Below, one piece after another: positions 12,620 to 24,723 of a stretch of 64,000 bases of DNA. The notes under the pieces were generated by a model. It was not told the DNA's origin. It saw nothing but the letters and a program-made list of their open reading frames with translations, and ran no database searches. The stretch lies in NCBI GenBank assembly GCA_001949185.1, contig BDGG01000006.1, positions 726,827 to 790,826 on the forward strand. Reading direction: 5' to 3'. The stretch comes from Ramazzottius varieornatus (lineage: Eukaryota; Animalia; Tardigrada). The position numbers were made by a program, and so were the translations under genes. The stretch's first letter is position 1; each line of letters opens with the position of its first letter.

Positions 12620-15200
12620 ATGATGGTGATGGGCTTAATGAAGGAAACGCCAAGCGAGCCAATCGACTGCCGTCTATCCCTGACTTGACAAATGCCCCAC
12701 CTGTTGATCGTGCCGTGACATCTGAGCGATGACCTGGAAGACGTCACTGATGACCGCAGCACTGACTTCGGTAACCTACAGGAAAATTCAGACGACGAAA
12801 TGGAATCGGCAACGGAAAGTTCGGATTCAAGCTGTGGTAAGAAAATTACGTCACAAGAAAACAATATCTCATGGTGAGACTGTTTATTATTAATCAGGTG
12901 CATTGTCTATGAACCGCTCATGCGGTCCGGATCCTTCGGTGATAAAAGATGCTGGATGGACGATACTGGATGTCTGCGCGATGATGCTGTACAGTGCAAA
13001 GAGCAACGGAATAACAAACGCGACGCTGGACAAGTTCCTAAAAGTGGTAGCGCTGGTCATGAACGGAAAAAGAAACGTGGAGGACGACAGAGCCCGAAAT
13101 AAGTTTCCTGCAAGTGTCCGGTCAGTCAAGAGAGCCTGTTCCCACGAGGAACAGCAAAAGGTTATCCACATCCGTCATTCCTACGAACGAGATTTGCGGC
13201 TATACTCTGCACCCGCATTATAATCCGGCCCGGAAGACTCACGTCTGCGATCTCTGCAGTGCGGAATGGGATCACAAAGTTGTCGAGAAGGATGGCAATC
13301 ACTTTGTGGCTACGTCTCTGCGATGGATCTTATCGAATGTTTTGTACCGATACGGCAAAAACGTCAGTACGGAGAGGTTAGCTGGTGGTATTACCGATGC
13401 TATGTACGACGTAAGGAAATGTATCTCGTATTTGTCCATCTTCTCAACTTACCAGTGGGTGTTCGCCGGAACATGTGGCCGCTATTCTTGGTCTGGGTAA
13501 GCAAAGCATTGCCCAGGGATCGCGAAGCTTTCTTGATGGAGCTATCCCTGCAGCTGACCACTTTGCAGACTGGCTCTCCTGACTGTCGTCCTATAAGCTG
13601 GAAAGATCGAGAAGGGAGGATGATCGAATGATCAACCTACATACACTTTCTGTGGTCAGACACGCCCGAAAGAGCAGCCTTGAATGGTCAGTTTTCACAT
13701 GCCGCAGCGCAAGGGTGCATTTACTGTACTCGGGTAACCGCGCGATATCTCAGACGTTTATTTCTGTTCACTTTGCGCACTTATATTTATCAAACAGCAC
13801 GTGCTTTTTTTGGCAGACTGCGGAATGTATTGACCACGTAATGTGTTACCGCTACAAGAAAGATCCCAATCCTGAAATCTCACGAGAAGATAGTAGCCTT
13901 GTCCGAGAGATGGCACACCCTAACCCCAGCCGAACAGAAGAAAATACATGAAGACCGAACCGTCGGTGGTTTCAAACGGCCTTCCCTCGTACGAAACTGG
14001 GAGATGTTCGACGTGGTGGAAGGTTTCGCACAGGACGTCATGCATTAAATGGACGAAGGTCTATCGAAGGGCTTCCTAAAGGCCGTCGTCGAAGGAAGTA
14101 GCGTGATGAAATTGTCAAAGAACCAGGTGAATGAAATCGATCGTAGATGGCTATCGATCACAGTCCCTGGTCACGACGACAGGAAATTACGTTCAGTCCG
14201 CACCTACAAGCAGTGGAAGGCTCACGAGTTTCGCTTTTTCCTCCAAGATGGTGGTCCCTTTGTGACGAATGGACTCGTGCCTAATGCCTTCTATAAGATC
14301 CATTGCTTGGCGAGCTCAATCGCATGGACGAGCACACAAGATTCAGTCACCGCGCATGACGTCAAGACAGTTGAGAAAGCATGTACTACTTTCCTCAAGA
14401 ATTTCCAGAATTTCTTCGGCGTGCGCGCAATGAAGTATTCCGTTCATCTTGTCCAGCATATACCCATGGCCTTAAGATTATTCGGTCCGTTGCATTTGGT
14501 GTCTTGCTATAGACCGGAGAAGGAAATCGGAAAAATCTCTTGGAGAATTTGTGGAACGAATAATACCACAAAACAAATAATGAATTCGTTTCTGATACTG
14601 ACCGAATGTGGCAACTACCTCAGTGACGTGATATCACTAGACTCCAAGAAGAACAGTCTGGTGATGAAAACGATCCTTCAAGTTATGGATTTACCGATGC
14701 CTGTATTTTCTGCAACGGCCTCGGAGGGAACGTGTCGCCTTTTGGGAAAACCGGAGCTTTTGATGAACAAAGATGTGCTGAGCCTGCTCAGGCGGCACCC
14801 GGAAATTCAAGATACCGACTCCCGAAAATTTTTCAGCTTCAAAAGAGCCTGTGTGCGAGTTGGAATCTTCCTACATACCAGCGCGCACAACGAAAAGTCC
14901 CTCCGAAATGAGAGCATCATAATGGATAAAGATCAAAAGGCATGGAAAGTATTCGACATTATCGCGGTCGTGGGTACGGAAGCTAACCAGGTGGGGCGAA
15001 CCGTCGTTTACGGAGAAAAAATGGAAAAGGTAGACGCTAACAGAGTCGAAGTGGACCATGTCTACGCCGTACAGGCTTCCGGTACGAAACAAGTGTTTCC
15101 GACAGCGTTTGTTCGAAAACAACTGGTCATTTTGCGGAAGCATGACGCAGGTCGGCGGCTTATCATTAGCCCTCCGTCGAATATTTATCTTGTGACGTGA
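12620..15200 (+). pseudogene. EnSpm/CACTA-superfamily transposase, disrupted
   Basis: Motifs DTPERAALNGQFSHAAAQGCIYC (~13660-13730), FDVVEGFAQDVMH*MDEG (stop 14046-14048), QWKAHEFRFFL and YSVHLVQHIPMALRLFGPLHLVSCYRPE. CxxC zinc-binding segment near 13190-13260. Frameshifts between ORFs. Start approximate. Confidence 0.85.
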
Positions 15201-15963
15201 ATCAAGGTTGGCTTATACCGGGTTCAAGTAGGTCGTCGTGGTGGCCCACATTTTGCTTGACCGGTGGCCTCTGTGTTGCAGGTGCAGCTTAAGGCCAACT
15301 CCCATCGCAGTCCGATGCTTGCACCGTCGCAGTCCGATGGTTACTGCACAGCACAGTTTCATACAGGAATGACTAGACTCCAAGCATTGTATACGGGAGC
15401 CAAGTACAGACTAAACTTGAGATTTTGTGATTTCGTATTTTTAGCTTTTTTAATAATAGGTAGGTTGGCCCGGAGTTGCCTGCACATTCGAACAATATGG
15501 CAGCGTGTGACGTCAACGTATCGAAATACACGCGGACATTTGCATACTATATTGCAGCACGCTGTATACGTCATATACTACCCCACACATGCTTCAGAAT
15601 GTTACGGCATGAATAACAAGCAGCCAGGCTTGGCTCCGCAAGAAACAATGAGAAAGTAAACTAGAATGTTCAATATACGGAACAGGCGCACCTTCTCAAA
15701 AAACTTCTCCCTGCCTGTCTTCAGACTGGATCTGGTCGTTGCAGTGCTACAAAGGCTGACTGACATCTGTCTTGCCTTTAGACACGCGCAGGTGTTCAAT
15801 TCCATTGCTGCGCCGTTCGAATTGCTTACAGCCTCGTGATACTATCTGTCCCAGCTTGTTGTCCGGAAAATTTATCACTATCGCGCCATCGCTTAGTAGT
15901 GTCTCAAATGATCGTCAGGATCTTATTGAATATAGGTGCCAGTAGGTTTTTTCAGAAGGGGAA

Positions 15964-16758
15964 TATGAGAGTTTCAGCCCCGAAAAACATTAAGCAAAAA
16001 TATACCGTTGAACGCATTGTTGGCCATGAAGGACAGAAAGGCCTTGGTACTCATATTTTGTACCACGTGAAGTGGTACGGATACCCGGAATCAAAGAACA
16101 CATGGGAGCCTGAGGAATCGTTGCTACAAAGCGGAGATGCAATTGCTGAATACTGGAGGACGGTCAACTGTTTGAAGGAATACGACAGCCGTCGTAAACG
16201 CGGCGAAACCTACAAGTCAAAGAAGGAAGCCTCGAAGGAGTTCCAGCGGTTGATCAACGGACTCAGTAGTATTTTGAAGGAAGACCCATGTGTGTGAAAG
16301 TTTTAAGATATAATTGGCTTGTATATTTGGAATGTGGGTAGATGATGTTTACCAAATCGTTTTCCTAAGTGGCGCAAACTTTCACCCATTAAGAACACAA
16401 ACCACTTGAGAAAGCGATCTGCTTCAATTCATTCGCTCATGTCCCATTTTTTTTGGCTCAGCAGCATTCCTGTATGTGAGAAAAACATCACCACTGTCAC
16501 GGTAAGGTCGTTGTGCTGTTATTTTGTTATTCTATTATTTCAGGAGCAGTGACACCTGCGTCGCTCGTGCTCCATAGAGTTGCCTCTGATATTCTGGGGA
16601 TGGATCCCAGCCGGCTGACGGAGAAGGAAACGAGATCGCTGTCACGTTGGATTGGCTTGGCGGTAAAAATAGTGTTTTCACACGACAAAGACGTTCACGG
16701 TACTCGTCAGCTAACTCGCAACGGTCCCAGACATTATGTCGAACTTTCTCTGTTATAG
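15964..16758 (+). pseudogene. Chromodomain ORF plus downstream RFX-like exon, probably an accessory gene of the CACTA-type element
   Basis: KYTVERIVGHEGQKGLGTHILYHVKWYGYPESKNTWEPEESL is a clear chromodomain. After an AG acceptor at 16543 the frame reads GAVTPASLVLHRVASDIL...SLSRWIGLAVKIVF...RNGPRHYVELSLL*. I could not find a clean in-frame splice joining them. Confidence 0.65.
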
Positions 16759-17545
16759 CTCATGTTCGATTCAAGTTACTGGGAAAGGATATTCGCGTTG
16801 ATCATTTACTAATCTATTGCCTACGCGGCATCTTTGATACTCTTGAATTTGCTCGCTTCACGCTGCTGAGTTTTGCGGCAGCAATACTTCTTTGTTGAAT
16901 TTTCTGCTGCAAATCTGGTTCCTTTTTTCTGCTTTCTCGAAAATTTCCAATACAAATCCTAATACTTTGATTCTTTCCGAAATGTTAAAATTTCACTATA
17001 TCTGCCATTGGAAGATCCCCACTAAAATACCCTTCTTTGTATTTTACTGTGGTTTTGTAAAATTAGGTTCAGCACAACGCTACTGCATGTACTATTATTG
17101 TAACAATATCTTCAGTCCGACGCGTCTTTATTTTCAATTTGCTCTTTCACTTGGCATGACGTAACCGGACGTAACAGATACTACTGTAATTCTTCATGAA
17201 CTTGAATGAGCGCGTCATCATACTCGCGAAACATTTATCAGGGGGTTGTAAGGGTGTAAATTGCGGATCGGGGTGCAACTTTACACGTATGATCATATAA
17301 TTTGCCAAGTTCGTGAAGCACTACAATACGGTATTCAGCGAATTTTTTTTGTTCGCTCATGGATCTCAGTGCCCGGTCCACAGCATCAATGAACGTCATC
17401 AATCTGCATTCCACAAGCTGCATGAGAAGGCTTATGCTCTTGTAATTACACGGAGCTGTCGTGCAAGCTGCTTGAGGTCTATGACGTTTTTCTAATTGGG
17501 CAGAAACCAGAACGGAGCCAGTAAAAATCGGCCACGCACTCGACT

Positions 17546-19252
17546 TCATTTTCTGATTATCAGCTTCATCCCTGGATGGATGATGCTAGGGTTAGCGATG
17601 TTGTTATCGCGGGCTATTTTGTTGTAGTCCACGCCATACTTCTGACCAATCGCCCACAAATAATCCCCTGGCTGCACAGTATACTCCTGTAGATCGTTTC
17701 CGCTATGAGGAGCGCTAACATTGACATGTCCACCTCTCGAACCACCTTGGGGCCCCGAGGCGGCACCATGACTTGCTTTCTTGATGGTCAGCTTCATTCC
17801 GGGATGTATGACACTGGGGTTCGCAATGTTGTTGTCCTTGGCGATCTGATTGAAGTCAACTCCGAACGTCTGCCCAATGGCCCACAGGTAGTCGCCAGGC
17901 TGAACCGTGTAAATCATGTGGCCACTTTCTCCAGTACTCAAACTGGCATCACCTGAGGAACCTGAGCTTGAACCAGATGCCGCATCTCCCTTCGTGATAA
18001 TCAGCTTCATACCTGGATGAATTACGCTTGGGTTGGCAATATTATTGTCCCTCGCTATTTTATTATAATCCACACCGAATTTCTGTCCGATCGCCCACAG
18101 ATAATCTCCAGGCTGAACCGTGTAGATGACATTCCCGCCGGACGTGGCTGATGAGGTATGTGAGCCATTTGCGGAGGGTGCTAGTGAAGGAGCGACTGGC
18201 GGACCCGAAGGTGCCTTTCTGATTTTCAGTCTCGTGCCGGGATGGATCACGCTTGGGTTGGCAATGTTGTTGTCACGAGCAATCTGGTTGAAATCCACGC
18301 CGTACTTCTGCCCAATGGCCCATAGAAACTCACCCGGCTGTACAGCGTGAGTTATTTCGCCGGCACCACCGGTATGTACATGTCCTGGTCCAGGGCCCGA
18401 CTTGCGAAATGCCAAAGGGCCGGTTCCTAACAAGACTCCCTTGATTGCTTCATGATATCTTTTCCGCCGACCCAATTGTTCCTCGTGATGCCCATCTAGC
18501 TCCATGCTGTTGATGGCTCTGACAGTCGAGTTGAAGTCGTTCAAGTTTAGTCCAGGCTTCACCTACCAAAAGACAGTCTATGAAATGGGAGCGCGGCAAA
18601 CAAACTCGACCAGATTATCTTCCAAATTGGCGCACGCCTTCGGCTGATAACACCGAGAAATTGCTCCACTTGGGAACTAGACAAGGTCGTTTTCCTAAGT
18701 GGCGTACCCGTCCGGTGCTATTAGCTGGATCAGTGCGCCACTTCGGAAAATGATTCGCTTAAGTCTGTTTTCGAGCTGCAATGGGGTATATGTTACCCGG
18801 GCTTTCCAGAACCAAGCAGTGACGGCCCAGGCGACGCCCAAGTCCTTCTCCACCATTTCTGGATTTTTGACCAGCGTATCATCCCCATACAGCGCTTCCG
18901 ATGCGTCACGGTAGTTGTAGTCATGGGTCAGCTGGATGTATCCGCGTCCCTTGTACTTGGCACCTCCGGTGTAGAAATCGTCTGGTTGTGGGCTGATCTC
19001 GGAAACGTACAGCAGCATGGCGCTTTCATGGTAGATGTTGGCCAGAAACATGGCCAGTTCTCCTCTGCTGCTGATACCTGCCTGACTGATGGCAGTGAGT
19101 AGACGTGGGAACTGCTCCGGCTGGGCATGGGAATCACAGGCTTCCAACGTCCGCTGGAACTGTTCTGGGCTTATCAAGGTGGACATGGTACCGCTACCGC
19201 TGTTGCCAGAAACGGCGGTCCAGACTTTATTTAGTAAAGAATTTATAGACAT
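17546..19252 (-). CDS. Glycoside hydrolase family 19 (chitinase/lysozyme-like) domain plus four LysM domains; 2 exons (19252-18797, 18562-17546), about 490 aa
   Basis: GH19 motifs MFLANIYHES, YVSEI, YKGRGYIQLTHDYNY, AWFWK|VK and TVRAIN. Phase-0 GT..AG intron 18796-18563. Four repeats of the type YTVQPGDYLWAIGQKYGVDYNKIARDNNIANPSVIHPGMKLII, separated by G/S-rich linkers. Confidence 0.92.
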
Positions 19253-19522
19253 GTTTTCGAACTTTGTAGTTTGTACTGTGGACAAAACATCGACCAGTTA
19301 GGTTAAACAACAAACAGCTGATAAGAAATTGATCGATATACAGTATACGACTGCAGTAACCACCAGAGGTGCGTCGACGTTGAACCGGTTTTGTTGCCTT
19401 TGTGCCTTGAAGCGCCATAGCGTCACTTGAAATTGCCCGACTCGTAGAGCGTGAAGGGCGTACGAAAAGGTAATTTAACTCTGTTCACATGGTTTTCAGG
19501 ACCTTCGAATAAGAACTTCTAT

Positions 19523-21945
19523 TTATGTTTTGCGGTTCGCCAGTCTATCGGCATCGAGATACACCTGACTGGTACGACTTGAATGTACAGTACTTATGGA
19601 AGTCGCATTTGGTCCAACATGATAACTGGAACGACCTTTAAAACCGGCTCTGTATCTGACGGCCAAGATCTCTTCTGCTCGGAGTGACCACCAACCCAGC
19701 TTTGCGGTATACCTGAAATGAAACAAATCTCAGTCCGGAAGTCAGAAATCATTTCTACGGAACTGCGCTAATCTTCGACGACGTACCAACGAGGCATAAA
19801 GGTGGCGACTGCAGCTGCTAAGCACAGCAAAAGAAAGCCAAATGTTCCACAGGCAGCCTTGGTCAGCGTTCCCATAAATTCTGAGAGAAAAGCAACTCTT
19901 CCGAATTGCGCCTTAGATGAAACGATTAACACGTATGCAAACCTTTAGAAACTTGATCAGTATCCGAACAAAGCTCGCGCATGTAACCACAGGCAGGCTT
20001 GTTGGGAGGCGGGAAAACTCCCCCGTACCACTCTCGCGCCACTTCCGGTGTAGTCAAGAGTACCTTTGTGATTGCGTCGTATTGCCACGCAGTCTGCAAG
20101 AACACAGACCGGCTCTACTGTTTTACGAACAATGCAGACTTTCAGGTGTAAACGAAACGGATGTTTACCTGAAACTGCTGGTTCGCTTTATTGAACCTTT
20201 GGAAGAATACATCGGCAAGGCGGAAGGCATCTGCACCGATTGTGACGTTCCGACTCTCCAGGTGAAATGTTCGGTTGAGCATAAGTTTTCGTACTAGCGC
20301 CCCATTCACCAACGAGTCTCTTGATCGTCCATCGAGATAATCCAGGACCTGAAATGAACGATGCTTCCTTTCAATTCGTCCAAGCATTTTGACAGCAACG
20401 ATAAAGGAAACTGACCTCGAACAGCCCCAAGGTCGCCTCGAAGGCCGATAATGAATTATCATTTACCTACAACAAGAGTTCATGTTGCACTTTCGTTCGC
20501 GCGTTTGTGCCAAACGTATTCAAGATCTCACAAACCATTTCGTCGGAGCTGAAAGTATAATTGTACTGTAGACGTGCTCGATCGGCTGTCGCATTGAAAA
20601 TGCCTTCACTTAGGTACCAGTGCGCATTGTCGAACTGCGCTACGATCAGAGACTCAAATGCCAATAGTGCCACCTGTCGGTGACCCACAAAGTAATTCAA
20701 AATAATCAGAACTTTATTGCAAGTCAAGAATTCCTAAAGAACAGGCAAGAATGTCCTCTTACGTGGTCGTTGGTGTTGTTACTCTTTTCCATAAGATCTG
20801 CATGGATTGCCAGCTTGTTGGGTTGCATATAAAAGAAAACCTGTCGAAAATGTGGCGTGACAGTATAATGATTAGGCTGAGCGCTGGGGACATTGTTGGC
20901 TTACGAATTCTCCGTTCGTCATGTTGAGCAAATAAGCTACTATCTGTCATGTAAAACAAAATGAATTATCGTATTCAAGAAACCCCCGCACAATTATGGC
21001 GCGCCCAGTTCCGGATACACAGTTTTCACCATTTCGGGCGTTCTTACCATCACTTGACGAACCACATCTTCCCGCGTCTCAATAATAATTACGCGCGAAC
21101 GTTGTTTCGCCCGCGTAAGCGCGGCTTCGTAGTGTGGTTTCCGAACCGAATCTATTTCTTCGTACGAAATGACAAAACGGTTGGAAGTCGACAGCTGGCT
21201 CTTGATAGTCCGGCATATCATGCCCAGATAGCCTTGGGCGTACAGATAATTCAACGGATTTTCGCATAGTACGGTGGCGGTGGTTAACGAGTATTTTTCG
21301 AGGAAGACCTTCAGCGCCGGCACTTGAGCTCCCCGACCTGTTGGTCCAAATGAGATGAAAGTCGGGTAGCGCTGCTTGTTCATAAAAGCCGTGTCCGCCG
21401 ACGTACTAAAAGAAACCGATACGAAGTACTGGCATGGGAACAAAGATCTTGTTCAGTACAATGGAAATATCTACCTTCCTATGAGAAGTACATTCAACTC
21501 TGTAAAAGATGAAAGGGTGACCGTTCAACATTTCGCCCATCATAACGTTCATCTTGACGAAATTCTTACCTCTAGCGAAGTCAGCCAGAACCATCATTTC
21601 CAAGCTGCATCCTGGCGCCAGTAAGACAGTCAAGCCAGCGTGATCCTGTACGAAGTCGATCAGACTCCCAGCTAGACTGATCATGTTGGCCGCAGCCTCG
21701 CCACAGTCTTTGACATTCCGTTGATACAGTACATGCCTACTGGTATTAGCCAACAAGTGGGGATATCGAGCCGACGCCCTTTCGAACGCTACGTCATACA
21801 TCGGTGCAGTAGCGTAGTATCCGAAGTTGACGTCTTCGCCAAGAATGAGTATTATGACTTGGACGTTTAGTGAGCTCATACACCAGAAGATGTTGGCGAA
21901 GAAGACAAGATATGTTAAAACGAATGGCGCGGGACGGAATTTCAT
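19523..21945 (-). CDS. Natriuretic-peptide-receptor/receptor guanylyl cyclase-type ectodomain protein with a single TM and a short tail (multi-exon)
   Basis: Signal peptide MKFRPAPFVLTYLVFFANIFWC. Ligand-binding-fold motifs LLAPGCSLEMMVLADFAR and STSADTAFMNKQRYPTFISFGP. Juxtamembrane WYGGVFPPPNKPACGYMRELC, TM AACGTFGFLLLCLAAAVATF, then a ~60-aa tail to the stop at 19523. Confidence 0.8.
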
Positions 21946-22352
21946 AGTCGAATTCAGAAGAGATTTAGGCAAGCTTTTCCTGACATTCGCACTTTTGCGC
22001 ACTAGAAAATTATTGCCCATAACAAACTGGGCAAGGACGACAAATTTTCGACGATTCCCGCTTGTCACCCCACCATCGGGACACACAAAGAAGTTGTCAC
22101 GCATAGGCGGGCCAATTTGCACCAATTTCGTTTGATATTTGTTTGTGTGTCACTCGCGGCCATGGTGTACTCGCTATAGTGTAAAAATAGTGCCAATAGC
22201 ACCATTGTTAAGTGGGTCGTGTTGCCCACTTCCTTCCATCCTCGCGGTTGTGGTTGAGACTTGATTCGCGAAACACGCGATTAAAGTAACGTTTCCGAAA
22301 ATTTGCTGTTACTCGATCATTTACTCGTAGACTGTGTTGGATTGAGATATCG

Positions 22353-22575
22353 TACAGGAGGAGTGTGACCCAGTAGTCTCAGACGGCGCATCCATAGAAA
22401 AGCATGAGACACTCGTAATTAAAATAAAGCCTATGACGTAACGAATTACAGTGTTGTCTATCTTACATGAAAAGTGTTTCTGTTAACGTAATGCATACTT
22501 GATACATGTCACGCCGTCTGAGACTACTGGGTCACACATTTCCTCACTGGGTCACACATGCTTACTCCTCCTGTA
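22353..22575. mobile_element. TA-flanked MITE (Tc1/mariner-type ends)
   Basis: TA-CAGGAGGAGT...GTGACCCAGTAGTCTCAGACGGCG is mirrored by CGCCGTCTGAGACTACTGGGTCACAC...ACTCCTCCTG-TA. Confidence 0.75.
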
Positions 22576-23080
22576 CTAGATCAAATCTTCTTGTTGACTG
22601 AGTGATGAAAACAAACCGTTTTGAGTTTCGGTAGCTCAAAGATTAAGCGGACAGAGTCCGTTTTTTTATTTGGTGGGAATAGTTACAGTTAATAGTGGAG
22701 CCATTGCACAGATGCAGTGGTTGTTTCGCCGAAGTCACAGTTGAAATTTCAGTTTCACGTAAATTTCAAAAGCTTCGCTCCGCCTTCGAGTCGCTCGCAG
22801 TTTGTCCATGAAGTAGAAAATAAAAAAGTGCAGTTTCGAAAGCTTTTTATCGGTGGTGGAAAAGGACAGGTTCACCAGTTCCGACGTGTGTTGAGTTAAT
22901 CAATATACGTCGCGAATGCCGAGTTAGGGAAGCCATATGCTAAGTATGGTCAATGTCTTTTACTTTGAATCTTAATTTTTACGGTATTTGCTGGGCCATG
23001 GTTATCGTTGTCGAAAGAAAGGGAGACAAATGTGCACACAAACAAATTAGGCTGAATTTGAGAATTAGAAAGAAAAGAAC

Positions 23081-23365
23081 CGCGTGATATAGCTATAGTG
23101 ACTATACGGATACGCAGTACAGGAGTACTTTGGAGTACCTTCTGAAATGGAGGGCGGAGCTTAGCGCGCGCACCATAAGCAGAGCATGCGCGGTGCACCA
23201 TCATGCGCAGCGCACCATGTACAAAATTTGTTAGGCTATGGCTGTGGTGAGTCATTGGCTACTCACTCGCTAAGCTCATGTAAGCGACGTCACAAATGCT
23301 GGCTATTTACAGCAAGGCCGTGCAGCCGGTGTGGTGCGCTGCGCATTCGTATAGCTATAACGCGT
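23081..23365. repeat. Degenerate inverted-repeat element
   Basis: CGCGTGATATAGCTATA...TATACGGATACGCAG versus CTGCGCATTCGTATAGCTATAACGCG, with internal GCGCACCA repeats. Confidence 0.45.
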
Positions 23366-24553
23366 CAGTAACCCTTTCGTTTTGGGCAATGTTTGTTAGG
23401 TTTGCAACCTAAGACTATTCTGAGGTTTTGCAAAAAAAGTGATTTTAGGGGGTGACCCACCCATTTAAGGTTTTACTTTTCCTAAGCAGTGCAGAGGTGT
23501 CCGAGATTAATTCTAAGTTATCCAATGGCAGAAACCCCAGAAGTTCTCGTGTTATCAGCTGGCGCACGTAAGCCTTGATCTTGAATACTGCAAGCTCGTG
23601 CTTATTTACGGCGTGTAATCTTTTATCTAACTGGAAATAATTTCGCCCTGATGCCACGGCCATCAGAACCTTTGCTGAAACCTCCTGGAATTCCTGAGAT
23701 TTTAGCTGTGGTCCAGATACAAACCCGCAGGAAACCCAAACAACGACATGAAAACGACATTACTATGTTATCTACGGGAAATATAAGTTTATGGGACATG
23801 GAAAAAGGTATGAATTTTTCATGGATGTTCTCTGGGACACCCTAATGAGATATCTGCCAACTGTACCAGTAACTGCATGCTTGCCTGTAGCTTTTCAATC
23901 TAAAGAAAACCGGGAATCCGCAGGGTAACTGTGGGTTTGATTGTAGGCATATCTGTGGCTCTCGAACACTCAGCGGAACTGCTGCTCTAATTGTGACTTT
24001 GCAAAATCACTGTGAGAGTTTAGCTGCACGTTAAACTGTAGCTTTAGCAAGATAATTTCGCATTCGCGCTTCTTCCACGATTTTTTTTTCCTCCAGCAAT
24101 CCAGTTTAATCTTCCGGTTCACATTTTTGTCCCGTCTTGCCTGATCTTGTTCAGGGAAGAAAAATGACAGCTCAGCTTTTAGAAATGCACAATGCCATAG
24201 GCGACACGACGTCTGTGCGTTTCTGAAGACCAGTGGACGAACCAGGAGGACTTCGGGAGAACTGGAGCAAGCTGTTATCTGCGTCTCATGGTAGCGGAGC
24301 CAACTTCATGCCATGGAAGCCCGTTATGATTTGACTGCCAGCAAACGGAGCTTCTCCTGAATTACAGGATGGTCTACAGCTGATTCTGCAGCAGACAGCA
24401 CGCGACTACTATTCATCTAGAACGCTTGGATCAACTCGACGCTAGGAGCCAACACCATCCTGACCATTGAGCACTCCAACTGTGACCAACAAGTTTAACC
24501 TGCGACATCTTCGCGGATTTATGAGCAATTCTCACCTGTCACCGCGTTTCTAT

Positions 24554-24616
24554 CATCCAGCTGCTAGCTGAAACCATTCCATCCAGCTGCTAGCTGAAAC
24601 CATTCCATCCAGCTGC
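24554..24616 (+). repeat. 26-bp tandem duplication (about 2.4 copies)
   Basis: CATCCAGCTGCTAGCTGAAACCATTC twice, followed by CATCCAGCTGC. Confidence 0.85.
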
Positions 24617-24723
24617 ACCGTTCTAGGAGACAGTTCTCTTTTTTCCATGACATTGAGCTGATGGAAGATTATAGCGATGACGCTGCGGAGATGTACTAGC
24701 ATGGCCGGCCTTTGAGGATAATG

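Noticed and set aside
1978-17257. Possible termini of the CACTA-type element (ACACCCTT near 1978 and its complement near 17250)
   Set aside because: Only 8 bp match, with no extension or convincing TSD.
17546-19252. Bacterial contamination as the source of the GH19-LysM gene
   Set aside because: It has an in-frame spliceosomal intron containing the host's intronic repeat and is contiguous with metazoan genes.
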